Shown piece after piece: positions 1 to 12,281 of a stretch of DNA of 40,461 nt. Under the pieces are notes generated by a model. That model searched no databases. It was not told the DNA's origin and worked only from the letters and a program-made list of their open reading frames with translations. How positions within the stretch are numbered: the stretch's first letter is position 1; every line of letters begins with the position of its first letter. Origin of the DNA: Jimgerdemannia flammicorona (lineage: Eukaryota). A program made the position numbers and the translations under genes. The DNA lies in NCBI GenBank assembly GCA_003990765.1, contig RBNJ01000120.1, positions 1-40,461 of the forward strand, given 5' to 3'.

Positions 1-60
1 TTTTTAACGGACTCATGTTCTGCGAATTTTTATTGGAAGGAAACCTAGACTATATAGGCC

Positions 61-1155
61 AAAACCCTCCCCCACCACCCACCAAGCACTGCCTCCTCAT
101 TAACCTAGGCTAGCTATTGTCCAGCAGCTTGACCATACCAGACACAGCAGGGCTAATTAGGCCTGCATCTCATTCTGTATACCATACTCTCCCTACCACC
201 AGGAGAAACCCAACCATATGCCAATGACCGAAAGTGCATGTCTGAGAACCCAACGTATATATAAGGCCATGCCCGAGCCAAATAGAATAGCCCCTGCTAC
301 TTCAAAGTGAATGACAGATAAAGAAAAAACTCTCATCAAAGCACAATATGGTGGGTAGGGCCTGGTTCTCCCAGTCAAGGTAAGTAAAGAACTTATATAT
401 GAGACAGGAGGAAACCCCCAATATTCCACTACTCAAGCCTACAGGCCTCGATCATGTTGCCGTGTCAGCTCCTGGTTCCAGTTGAGTGTAGCCAAGATGC
501 CTGAAATAGATAGCCTCGGGCCTCTTGACCCCCCCTGACAACTGGGGCCCAACCCTGCTGACTGTCAAAAGAAGCTGATAGTGATACCTACTACCTAACC
601 ATGCCATACCAATCAAAAGACCCCACCAAAGCAGCACCTGCTCCAGCCCTGATGACCGCCCCCAGCCTGGTACCCTACTGGTTCACCATTATTGCCCTTC
701 CTCCTATCTGTAACAGCTATCTCCCCTCCCATCCTGACAACATCCGAAAAACAGTCACCTATACCAGAACTGCACTTGCCAGAAAGCTCGCCAAAGCCAG
801 AGGGCCCCACTACAGACATCGAGAACCTGCAGGTAACTTATACTGAGCACTTGATGCCCAAGGTCGGCCGACTCTCTACATAGCCCGAGATACATCAAGA
901 CAACACCTTGTTAGTGATAGCAAAAGGAAGAAGGTACTATACCAAAACAGGTATACCCTAGATGCAGCTGAAGACACCAGAATCCACGAAAAAGTGGAGG
1001 AAGCACTGATCTGACACCGATAAAGAGGCAACTCATCACCATTGCCCTCCTTCCACCATGCCCCTGCAGATACAGCAAACCAACCTGAGGTAGAGGGGGT
1101 AATAATAAGAGAAAGGGAACTTAGAAGGTCACCTACCAAACCTTGTAACTGGTAA
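61..1155. mobile_element. Decayed repeat/transposon-like remnant, class unassigned
   Basis: Moderate GC but only about 15 CpG in about 1.1 kb by hand count, TpG/CpA-rich, with broken coding-like frames. Neighbouring genes are CpG-rich. No recognisable TE domain. Confidence 0.4.
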
Positions 1156-1749
1156 GATAGCAGAGAAAGGACTGGATTTGTTTTGATTCTCTATTTCAAC
1201 ATATCTCAGTACTCAGTATATATGTATTTGATCTTAATTGATAAGATTCTGTTTATATAAATCTTATATTCTATAACTTTATATTAACTCAACTTTATGT
1301 ACTGTAACTTCAGTTTAACTCAACTTTATTATCTTACAGATGATTTTCAAATTTGTTCAGAAATTATATATAATTTCAATGGCTTAAAGATTGTATACTT
1401 ACAGTTTCAGATGTCAAAAATGAAAGCTACTACTAAATATTGAGCAAAACAAGAAAAATTAGAAGCTCAAAAAGCAAGCTAAGATTACTTAATACAATCA
1501 GTAAATTTCTGTTATCTCCTTCTCATCATTAAAAAATAACAAGCAAAATGGCAAAAATAAAATCTTTGAGCCTAATGCCCGAGTAACATCAAATATTCAC
1601 TTTGTCTGGTTTTGTTGCAGCACGCTCCATATGTTAAATTGCTCCCTCTATCTCTGTATGCTATACCACACTATATTTAAGAATCCTCTAAAAGCAATAC
1701 AGAGACTGTCTATTAGGTCCAGAAAGTCAAAAAGGTCCCGTACCCTAGG

Positions 1750-1750
<1 letters not shown>

Positions 1751-1790
<40 letters not shown>
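1751..1790. repeat. (AG)n microsatellite
   Basis: Near-perfect AG run of about 40 bp with one interruption. Confidence 0.95.
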
Positions 1791-1795
<5 letters not shown>

Positions 1796-1852
1796 CGCCT
1801 ACGTCATCATAATTTTTTTTGCCTGCTATTATTCGGTACCCTGCCTCCACTA

Positions 1853-3805
1853 CTTAATATTGGGCCGATGACTTTGATTACGTAGTCCATCTCGGATAGA
1901 TTCTGTTTCTTTATCAACAAAAACGTGTGGATCAGAGAGGAACATGTCCAGGCTAGCGAAAAATTAATTCGGATAAGATTACGAATGCACAAAAGCGAGC
2001 GCGTAATTGCGTACACAAAATAATAACTCTTCATTATTTGTTGATGTAAGATTCCTGTTGATTCGTCCATCAACTTCTCTAGAACAAATTTTTTAGCCTC
2101 CGAATAATGATAAGACGTGCAATTCTGATACATTAAAGGAATTCGATGTTATTTTCAGTTCGACAAATCGACAAAAACCTCTTTTCGCATACGTACCTTC
2201 ATGATTTTTTTTAATATCAATCTTCACAGGGTCGTCAAATTGCTTCGTCGTCACATTCAAATGCTCCAATACCTTTGCCTTGAGTGTTGGCCAATCCTTG
2301 CCGAACCATTCATGCATGCCCCCCGGAAATTCAAATGATTGACGAAAGTCCGAGCCTGCATACATATATATACATCGGCATCTTAGTACTGCAAATAGCA
2401 GAGCAGAAGGAGAGAAAAAAAAAAAAAAAAAACCGGATGTCACTGAGAACGCACGAATCTCTTTTTTTTGGACTTCTTCGTTAATTTTAGAGACTCATAT
2501 GTTTTGGAAATTAGCATATTCCTTACACTACTCCCGTCATCTAACATCCATCCGCCTTCTTCATTGTTATCTGCGAAGGGGTCTAAGAAGCAATCGGCAT
2601 CCTGAGCAACGCAATTTTCTTCATCGTCTGAGCTGTCTGCTAAGTAGTCATTTTCCTCGTAATCGCTCTCAGACGATTGGCATTCGAGCAAACGGATCTT
2701 TATATTCTTTTTTAAATAATAATAATAGTAAAAGGCGTTTAGTCAGTCAATCCCATATCGTTTCAACATGTCTGAACATTGTCCTACCTGATCATATTTG
2801 GGCAGATTTGCCATCTTCCGCTTGCTACGTGTCGAAGTGGAGAGTATTGATAAGCTATCCATAGATCCGGGGCTCGTATGTGCTTCATGAGACGTGTTTG
2901 TTGTTTGCAAAGGAGTACTTGGGCGTGAGTTCTAATGATACAAAATAATAAGTAAGTCAATGAGATAATTATCAAAAGCTTGCTCTGATTTTAAATAGTA
3001 AATTAAAACTAACCTGATCCAAAATCTGCATTGTACTTCTAGTAGCAGATTTTGCGTACATTTTTATCTGCTGCGTAAATTCCTGTTTGACTGCCAACTT
3101 TTGTTCAGCCTATAGAAACATCAGCAAGAAATTAACTGGTTATTGCTCGAAAAGATAACAATAAACGAAAAGATGATCTCTACCTCCAGTACACCGATAT
3201 GGTTCTCAGTCATTTTCTCAAACCAAAACCTGTCTATGCAACCTAATTTCTTTGAATCAGTCTCGTGCAAGGTGAGTATAATAAAAGATATATAGTTAGC
3301 ATCACAGAGAGATGAATATATCTGTAACTAATATTAGCAAATTGACTGCAAAATCAGTAAGTTGGCTGCAGCGGAGACGAAGTCCATAACCATGCGGAGA
3401 CGAAGTCCCATGGGTAGCTGCAGCCTGCAGCGGAGACGAAGTCCATGGCCATGCGGAGACGAAGTCCCATGGGTAGCATACAATGACAAACTAATCTGCA
3501 GCAGTCGAGACAATGTAATTTATAAAGCCTACCTTGAACTGCAGCGCAAGACGCATTGCGTTCCTCTTTTCTTCGTCTGTGCCGTGCTCTCTTATCATCT
3601 TTAACTGTGTGTTGAATCTCCTTACTAGATTCGCCTTATCCAAACCGTAGTTGGCAGTCCATGCCTCGAAATATTCTGGCAGATTCCAATTCTCGCAAGG
3701 AGTGCTTAAAAAATACTCAAATCCAGGTCCAGGGCTATCAACGTCAGACAACGTGGTAAGTGATAATCTACAGTGACAAGATGGAAATGTTGCAATGTTA
3801 GCCAA
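1853..3805 (-). pseudogene. Truncated, frameshifted multi-exon gene of an uncharacterised lineage-expanded family
   Basis: Spliceable exons give ...FEYFLSTPCENWNLPEYF...MRLALQFK | TDSKKLGCIDRFWFEKM | AEQKLAVKQEF...ILDQ | NSRPSTP...PKYDQ | acidic segment with WMLDDGSSVR | FGKDWPTLKAKVLEHL | NCTSYHYSEAKKFV | LDMFLSDPHVF, then a frameshift into NLSEMDYVIKVIGPILS. Coding character stops abruptly near 1853. The start is not resolved. Confidence 0.6.
3366..3477. repeat. Nested tandem repeat: two 59-bp-period units, each with two GCGGAGACGAAGTCC copies
   Basis: Read directly. Units start at 3366 and 3425; it lies in an intron of the minus-strand pseudogene. Confidence 0.9.
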
Positions 3806-4005
3806 ACAGGCTTGAAAAAAAAGGTGCGAGATCCGCTGTAGGCAGTGCTAGCCTTCAGGAAAATACGCATATAACAAACGGGAATAGAGCGTAGTGGGTG
3901 CGTGGGTTTAAAGAATATAACCCACACTGCGTATTTCGCGTTTCGCGTTTGGTTACTTACGGGCAAGACAAAAGAGAGAAAATAATAAAAAGCCACCAGC
4001 ATGAG

Positions 4006-4066
4006 TGACGTCACATGTTTACTTTGTCACTTCGCCCTTCAAAATGTGACGTAGACGTTACGTCAC
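4006..4066. promoter_or_regulatory. CRE/ATF-like bZIP site cluster upstream of the FYVE-RING gene
   Basis: TGACGTCA at 4006-4013 and inverted repeat GTGACGTA-N5-TACGTCAC at 4046-4066, 55-115 bp before ATG 4122. Confidence 0.5.
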
Positions 4067-4121
4067 CGATAGGGAAACAATGAAAGTTGATTCCGAGAAC
4101 TGAGAGAACCACAGCACAACG

Positions 4122-7100
4122 ATGACTTCAATTCAGAACGCTCCTATCATTCCAGAGTTCGTTTATCCTCCAGTTCCTGGCGAGACACACCGCTACTATG
4201 GCGACGCTCACAACCAGCAAGTGAGACTACCACCAGTGCATCTGACCCCGCCATCTAAGCCAACCCGCAAGGGACCCCCTTCTGCTATCACCCTCCCCTC
4301 ATCATCCTTGGCAGACCTAAAGCAGCAGCGCAAGATCCCCCAGGGGGTGGAAACCGATATTTATGACGCATCTGCGTCGGGCAACCTCTTCCTACTCAGA
4401 GAGCTTCTGGCCTCTCAGAGCGTGAATGAGCCGCAGGCATCCACGGGCTTGACACCGCTACACTATGCTGCTAAAAGAGGCCACCTTGACATCGTGAAGT
4501 GTTTGATCGTTGATGCCTGTGCTACCGTCGATCTGCCGGATCGCGAGGGTGAGGTGGGTTAACGTGCAATTATACCTGTTGAGCCGCTTATATTTGGGTG
4601 TTGTAATCGGACCTGTGCAGACTTAAGAAAGACAGCAAACACAGTCGTTGATTCTATTGACCTTGCACCCCTTCACACTCCCCGCTTTAGACTGCTCTTT
4701 TGAAAGCATCGTACTACGGTCACATGCAAGTCGTTCAATTCCTTGTGGGTCAGGCCAGGGCCGATGTCCATCAAAAAGACAAAGATGGCTGGACGGCACT
4801 GCACAATGCTTGCTCACGTGGCCACAGTGAGATTGTTCAATTCCTCATAGAATGTGGCGCCAAGGTTGACGTTCGCAATAAGATGGGCCACACTCCACTA
4901 GGTTAGCACAGTTTTATCAATGTCAATTTATGTTATGCCTCCACGTTTGTTTTTCAATGCCGATCTTGATAGAGTTCTCCAAACGACTACCTTTCTATTG
5001 ATACTAACACACCACATGCACCTACATCTTTCCTAGTAAACGCCGCGTCCAAGGGTTATCTTGCAATAGTCGAATATCTTTTGTATGATGCCGACGCAAA
5101 TCCTCTTATCAAGAACAATTTCGGCGAGGCCGCGTATGATGCGGCGGCGGCGTCATGTGAAGCCTACATTTGTGAGGTCTTGGAGCGCTCGGAGAGACTT
5201 TGGTGGACCGGGAAGAGAAAGGGAATGCCTTCTGAAGAGCGTAAGTTCTTGTTGTTTCTCTCCATATTGATGACAGTGATAATGGTTCCCAGACGACATG
5301 CTCAAAACATTTGAATGTTTTCAACATTGACAATAACAAATGGTTGATTCGCATGCGTCCTATTTTTACACTTACATATTTAGCATTTGATATCACTACG
5401 TTCACGGATAATCAACCCTATGACCCTCTTAATTTCCATGTCACTGTAATTGTGATTGTGCACGAGAATCAGCGTTCCACGTCTTCGTTTCCACTTCTAA
5501 GCCTCGCACGCCCACAGTTCTCCGCACAAGCCCTTTCAAAGAGTGACACCCGTAGCCCATGGTCACTCCATCCATCGAGCAAACCTTCGTCTAAGTATGA
5601 CGTTCCTCAGCGCGGCTGGTTTTGGCTCACTGATTGGCAAATCGATTATACGGACCCACATGTCGACACAAACTCCGGCTGGCAATACGCAAGAACGTTT
5701 GAGGAGCCTGATGAGGCATGGGTCCATATGGCTCCTTCCTCTGGATTTGGGTGGGTCCGTAGGCGGCGCTGGATTCGTGTCATGAAACGTCGGATGGATC
5801 TTATTAATGGATCTGGCGGCGAAAATACTCAACAGGAGAATACCGAAGAGGAAGAGGCGATACAACAGGAGCAGGAATCATCTGGGATGGATTACATCGA
5901 GAGGGCGGAGGTGGTGCTCATGAATGGGAAGAAGAGAGATACGACGAATTCGGGAGAAGAGGCAGAGGATGAAGGGTTTGTTTTGGCCGGTGATGAGGGG
6001 AGGAAGGGAGCGAATCTGACCGTAGCTAGGGAAGAGCTCAAAAGATATGAAGAGGCGATACAGATTTTATTGACGGGTATCAAAGGTCAGTATATGACAG
6101 AAAGTAGCAAACCCAGTTATTTTTGAGTACCAACTTCAATATGATACACACATTATATATAACGAGAATCTATCTGTGCCTCGAAAAACTTAGCGGATCG
6201 TAATCCTCACCGGAAGCATCAAGCTACCACCCTCGCTACCGCTCATATTAAGCGCGCTGAACAAATTAGCGCCGCTGTGAATGGTACAGATAAGCCTCCA
6301 CAGCAACCCCGGAACGAGGAACTGGAAGAAGTCGGCCTCTTCAATAACAGTCCTGACATTGTATATCACGCCGAAGGCGAGTTAACAAGTAACCCGTGGT
6401 CGCAGCACCTCGCCGGAACACCCCCGCTTAACACCGGAGGCCGGTTACCTCCGTCACGCTTGTCCAGAGCACAGTCGGTGGCTGCAACAATAACAAGCGT
6501 GAACACTGGGCGGTCTTCCAGAAATGTGGACCTGGTTGGTGGTAGCGACGATGAGGATGAAGTTGGCGGATCTGAATCTGTGGGCAGGCTTGCAAGACAT
6601 AATAGAGATGAAACCGAATCAGTAACCTCGAGTGCATTTGAGACTATTCCACAAACACCATCCACCACAAACGCGAGCGGAATGGCTGCACAGCATGCAA
6701 GAGGCGGTCCTCGACGCAGTAACACTTCCATGATGCTCGGTCAGAGCACAATGATGGGGCAAACATACCAGTGGGAGTCTGATGTGGATGCTCATGATTG
6801 CAGAAGATGCGGCAGGAGATTTACTTTCTTGGTTAGAAGGCACCATTGCCGGTAAACGACGCATTTTTGTCTTTAATTCGGGTTTGTTTGCTTGAAGTAC
6901 CTCCAATTGCTAAACAACTGTTCCTCAATTCTAAATGTAATGCAGGCGATGTGGCTTGGTCGTCTGTGATCGTTGCTCGACGTGTCGCACGACTTTGCCA
7001 CCCTCACAGATCCTGCAAGACCCCAGTCTCAATCCTGCTGTGGCACCTCCTATAAGCCCGTCACAACCGCAACGTGTTTGTGACATATGTTTTGCCGATA

Positions 7101-7729
7101 TAGGCATGCCTACAACACCCTCTGCCTCGTCGTTCTCGCACCCTCACAGGACTTCCAGCCTCAACTCATCATTCGAAGCTGGTGGCTCGACGAATGTCAC
7201 CCATGGGTTGAGGCGCACTGATAGCAATCAAAGTATGAAAGATTGTCCTGCATGTGGCAAAACCCTTATGGATATGGCAGGTGGAAAGGCTGCTCAAGAG
7301 CAGCACGTCAAGGAATGCCTGGAAAAGGGACGGGGCGGCAGTGTTAGCGGGGTGCGCTATGTCGGTGAGTAAGTGTTTCGCGCCGTTTCCTTATATTATG
7401 TGTATTCGATGCAATGCGTGTTTCGCATCAATCGTGTTTCTGATCGTCCTCTTTGAATCGCTCGCTTAAAGTGTCCAAACTCGACCTCAACTCGCGACTG
7501 GTGGGGCAGGAGTGCCCTATCTGTTTTGAGGAATTCCTTCCAGGTGGGTATGATGACCTTGGCCATCTGAATTTTGGTCTATGATGAACTGTATCTTCTA
7601 ACGTCCTCAACACATTATCACTTCCAAGGTCACACCATTGCCCGTCTTAATTGCCTGTGCTCATATCACCGGCACTGCATTCATAAATGGTTTGCAAAGG
7701 GAAAGGAATGTCCTTTTCATTCTCGGTAG
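4122..7729 (+). CDS. Ankyrin + DysF/peroxin + MIT-like + FYVE + RING-H2 protein (Pib1-like E3 ubiquitin ligase), 8 exons
   Basis: Exons 4122-4553, 4691-4901, 5037-5240, 5384-6085, 6194-6851, 6946-7364, 7472-7543 and 7629-7729 are all phase-compatible. Motifs: ankyrin (TPLHYAAKRGH, TALHNACSRGH), DysF (WFWLTDWQID..GWQYA..WVRRRRWIR), FYVE (WESD..C..C..F..RRHHCRRCG..VCDRCS..RVCDIC), RING (ECPICFEEF..ARLNCLCSYHRHCIHKWF..CPFH). Confidence 0.9.
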
Positions 7730-8454
7730 TGAGATTTCTTTAATTAGTTCGCCTTAATATATGAACAACCTCTATGTATCACACCTTTTCATTTTGTTCT
7801 TGTCATCACCCCGACTTTGTAGAATCCATGAGTGACTGTATACGACGTACTGTCATGTGATGATATATTTTATTTTTGTTATTTTTTAGCAAAAATATAT
7901 GTTACATAAAATTTAAAGTTTTTTTTTTTGGTTATTGAATTTGGTTTGTTCTATTTTAAACTATGGAGTTTAATATAATGAGGCTTGGTGTTCTATTTTG
8001 TGTTATGGTAGCCTATTCAAAATCTGAACTTTTGTTCTGGCCATACACACTAACTATTTTGTTTTTATGACAGATAAAAGTGTAAAGCCAACAGATTCAT
8101 GATCATTCTACCTATCCAACATTTGCTAGGAGAGAGCAGCATGTGAAAACACCACAGCAGTGAAAGACAGTCTAACGGGTTGGGTTTATACATACAAATA
8201 CATACCGCAAGGGTGTTTACTGCGAGGGTGTTTACTGCGGCCAGATGAAAACATCCCAAACCGCATTCATCCACATTCCTCGTGAGTGTATAGTCAGGAA
8301 GACATCAACGGCGATGGGCACAGAATAATGTTTCCTTATACACATGCCACAAGTGTGACCAGATGAAACATCTCGAGAACACGAATATAAAGTGTTTCCT
8401 CACCTCATGAGCGCGAATAGCATACATGAAATAAGCGAAAGAAAGAGGACTGAC

Positions 8455-9095
8455 CTGTAAACTCTCTAAGTAAAGTTCGGGCACGTCTAGCCTGATGTAT
8501 GACAGTAGTGTCCTTCATGCGCTCCAGGTGCTCGATAAAGCTACTTTGGATGGCATTGTTCGATATATGCGGATCGTTGGGACAAAAATGTGCCTTCCAG
8601 GTCTCTAGGGACCACGTAGAGATCGGCCGTTCCCAGTACCCTATGTGTAGGAGAAACAAAATGTTAGGCAGTTGTGGTGGACATCATGGAATAAAGAACT
8701 TGGAAGATCGGTCAATCAAAAAAGGTCTTGATCATTTCTGCCTGCATTACAGACAAAGGATTAGTGGACATAAGGTTTAACTTACCGTGGATGCGAGGGG
8801 CTTCGAAGGTGATTGCAACAGTAGAGGGCTGTAGAATCTTGCTTTTGTTTCTTTGGATTCTTCTTGGGTTCCGAAGGCGACGCAACGATGGGGGATTGTA
8901 GGATCTTGCTTTTGCTTCTTGGTTTATTCTTGCATTCCGGGGCGGCGCAACAGTTGCGGGAGGTGGTACCTGTTCTGCTTGCACATCGCTGTTTAATACT
9001 TTTTCGAGTTGGTAAAGAGTTGTTTTGGCTGATTTAAAATGGATTCGATGTGTATCTAGTTCAATTACGCCACTATCAAACCCAAAATCGTACAT
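8455..9095 (-). pseudogene. 5' fragment of a gene of an uncharacterised expanded family, related to 1853-3805
   Basis: Intron 8785-8641 (GTAAG...ATAG) joins ..APRIH to GYWERPISTWSLETWKAHF..SFIEHLERMK..ARTLLREF. There is a donor at 8454 but no convincing downstream exon. The start is uncertain. Confidence 0.4.
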
Positions 9096-9137
9096 CAGTA
9101 GATACGGGACCTTGCATTTATGATGACTTCCTTCATC

Positions 9138-10570
9138 ATGACCTCTGCTCCGTTCGACGAAACCCTCGCTGTTCAGATTCCCACTCTCAATTTCAGCTAT
9201 GGAGGTCCCCCTATTTTGCAGGATATAAATTTGCAACTTCCTAGGGGAGCGAGATGTCTCTTGGTTGGCGCAAATGGCACAGGTCCGTCTGCGTACTTCA
9301 CCAAACTAGGCGATTCCGTGGTCTTATCGTCTAACTCAATACTATTGCACTCAATAGGAAAGACTACTCTCCTCCGCATTCTCGCGGGCAAGCGCATGGT
9401 AAAGGACGAGGTTCGCGTCTTGGGCAAGAATGCCTTCGTTGACGCTCCACTTGTAAGTAGTATTTAACTGTGCTGGTTTATGCTCGTGCTTTAAGAAGGG
9501 TTTTCGCATTCGTTCTGTAATCCTGTAATACAACTACAGGGTGTGACGTATCTGGGCACCGAATGGGCTGCCAACCCTGTCGTTCGCTCCGACCTTCGTG
9601 TGGATTATCTGTTGCAGAGTATGGGTGGCCATAGATGGCCAGAACGGCGTGACGAGCTGCTAGATGTACTGGATGTCAACATCAACTGGAGGATGCACCA
9701 GGTTTCCGATGGTATGTGTTATCTCTATGACGTATAGTGGTTGTACATCTCTGTCGTTTGTGTCATTGACGTTACTGTCGAATAAATGTTTTACAGGTGA
9801 ACGGCGTCGTGTCCAGCTCGTCATGGGTCTGATGCAACCATGGGATCTTCTTTTGCTAGACGAGGTTACAGTGGACTTGGACGTGTTGGTGAGGTCGGAC
9901 TTCCTGGAGCATCTCAAAAAGGAGACTGAAGAACGTGGGGCGACCATTGTGTGTTTGTAATTTATATCATTGCTCAGATGAAAAGGTGTGCCTTTCGTAT
10001 CTCACAAGCTCACGATTTGGCGAATTTTTCTGTTATATGAATTGCCGATACGCGATCAGGTCTACGCCACACACATCTTCGATGGTATGACCCTGTTAGT
10101 GTTTGGATATGGAGAAGCAACGCATCACGTTGTCCTATGAAATTTATTCCATGTTTCTTCGTTTCTTATTGTCCAGGCCTGGGACAATGGCCATCACATA
10201 TTGGTATGATCACTATTTATCTATTTTTGCCAATTCCATTTACTGTTAGTTTTCAACTGATCTTCAACTACTGTACTCCTTCACAGGTCACATGACTCAA
10301 GGCACAATTGTTTCCCTCAACTCTCTGCATTCATTTCCTGAGCTCGAGCTATTCAAGCAGTACAATCGTGAGCACGGCATTTTCGACTCGCCGCTTGTGG
10401 CGTTGTGCCTTTCCTGGCTGCGGCAGGACCGAGATCGGGAGCGAAAGAGAAAGAGGGGCGATCTCGAGGCGCCACTCGAGTCGACGGGCAAAGCGATCAC
10501 ACGTTGGGATGAATTGAGTGAAGATATGAAAAAGTATGGTGATAGGTATTACAATTACTGGAAGACATGA
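9138..10570 (+). CDS. CAF16: CCR4-associated factor 16-like soluble ABC ATPase
   Basis: Walker A GANGT|GKTT across intron 9283-9357; [24 protein letters not shown]; Walker [14 protein letters not shown]-loop [16 protein letters not shown] on two micro-exons. Alternative ATG at 9120. Confidence 0.9.
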
Positions 10571-11178
10571 GTCACATGGATGGCTCCTCGGGTTTAGAGT
10601 TGTTTGTTTTCATTGTCGTTTACGTGAATCTATACCAACAGTACATACATTCCATTCTGAAGATTTCGTTCCACTTGTATATACGTAGAATTACAATTCA
10701 TATAGCTGTACATGAATACCCATTTCGCTCAATGGAAGGAATTATTAGTAAGTTATGAGTTTTGAAAGAATCATGGTAGTTGACCACCTATTCCCGAATT
10801 CAGCCTTACATCCCCCATACTCATATTACCCATGAGCTGAGGTCGTGTAATTTTCAAAGACACAGTTCTTCGAACATAGCCTGCTTCCGATATCTGATAT
10901 ATTTATTACTCTCGGGAAAGGCAGTTTATCAAACTTGTTCCTATAATGATTGCCACTTGACACCGCCAGGTCACTTTACCTTCAGCCAATGCGAATAAGA
11001 TATGCAAGTGCAAGGTGGAAATGTCACGCCAATTCAAGGTGTTGAAACCAATATATCCTACATAAACCTGCTCAGTGTTCTTCACCATCTTCTAATATTT
11101 CTATTGCCGCCAAGAATGTCCAGATCCTCCTCAATCAATTCACAACCATGGATTCAAATATACACTATTCAAACCAAC

Positions 11179-12156
11179 TCACAAGACAATCTCCCCCTCA
11201 ACAGCCCTCTGTTCGAGCCCGAGTTCCTTCAGACACGTATAATACCGGCTGAGGTCTTTCCGCTTGAGGTAGCGGAGCACGTTCGCGCGCTGGTGGACCA
11301 TGGAGCGGAGCTGGCGGTAGTTGTGCCGATCCTTGTGGTGTTGCTCGAGGTGCTTGTTGAGGTTCTGGATGCGGACGGTAAGGATGGCGGCTGCGTAGAG
11401 AGAGGAAGGATGCCAAGAGGAAGGATGCCAAGAGAAACGATATATAGTGTGGATGTTAAAGATTATTCAGATTCGTGCTGGGAATAATAAAGTTACACAT
11501 TCGCTATTACGCACGCCTCTCCCAAAGGGGTGGCACCCACCTTGCACCTCCGAGTTCCCCGTATCTCCTACCTTCCTCCCAAAATATTCCACCGCCCTCC
11601 TCACATTCCACACCCCCACAGCTTTGGCACTTGCATTCCCAAGCCCTACAATCCTCTTCACCACACCAGCCTTTTCCCTCTCCCTCTCCACAGTAGAGTT
11701 GCTCCCGTCAGCGGCCAGTTCGGCAACAATCAGAGGTGTATCCATGAATAGAAACTGCTCCTCCTCGGCCGTGAGGAGGTACTGCCAGGCGGAGCCTTGG
11801 GGTGGGGGCACGGCCGGATCAGTCGGCGGAGTCGGGCGAGCAAGCGAGTCGAGGAAAGCGGACGGGCCGGAGACAATGGGGGAGGGCTTAGAGGCTTGGA
11901 GGGCCGCGAGAGCCGAGGCGCGTTTAGCGAGGTTATTCTTTTTTATTTGCTTGGGGTGGCGTTTGCCAGGACCTGAGGCGATGCTGTGGAAAGGGAAGGC
12001 GTGGAGGGGGTGGGAGGCTGAGAATAACCAGAGGGGAACTGACTTATTAGGGTTGATGCAAATCAGTTCGGAGATGGAGCACATCCTGGAAACAGGTGTA
12101 CCTATCGCACCAAGTAATAGCCGGCGACACGGCATGTTCACCGATATTGACGCCAT
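11179..12156 (-). CDS. MRPS28: Mitochondrial small ribosomal subunit protein uS15m, 2 exons
   Basis: Exons 12156-11541 and 11390-11179. S15 signature DTGNSEVQAAILTVRIQNL..H..KD.HN.R.LR.MVHQR...LRYLKRKD..RY, with an N-terminal presequence-like extension. Symbol follows yeast nomenclature. Confidence 0.9.
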
Positions 12157-12281
12157 TTATCGAATGTTTTTTGGGACGTCGCGTTCTCGTCCTTTTTCTG
12201 GTGGCTGGTCGCTCACGTGATTCACATTTTCACTTATTTTTATTGATTGATGATTCCTTTTTGCTATATGCTATTCGGCGC

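Noticed and set aside
3366-3477. CRISPR-like repeat array
   Set aside because: Repeats are only 15 bp, the spacers are short and themselves duplicated, the context is eukaryotic, and there are no cas genes.
11447-12220. 257-aa plus-strand ORF (also 11002-11487)
   Set aside because: Antisense to uS15m with no independent motifs.
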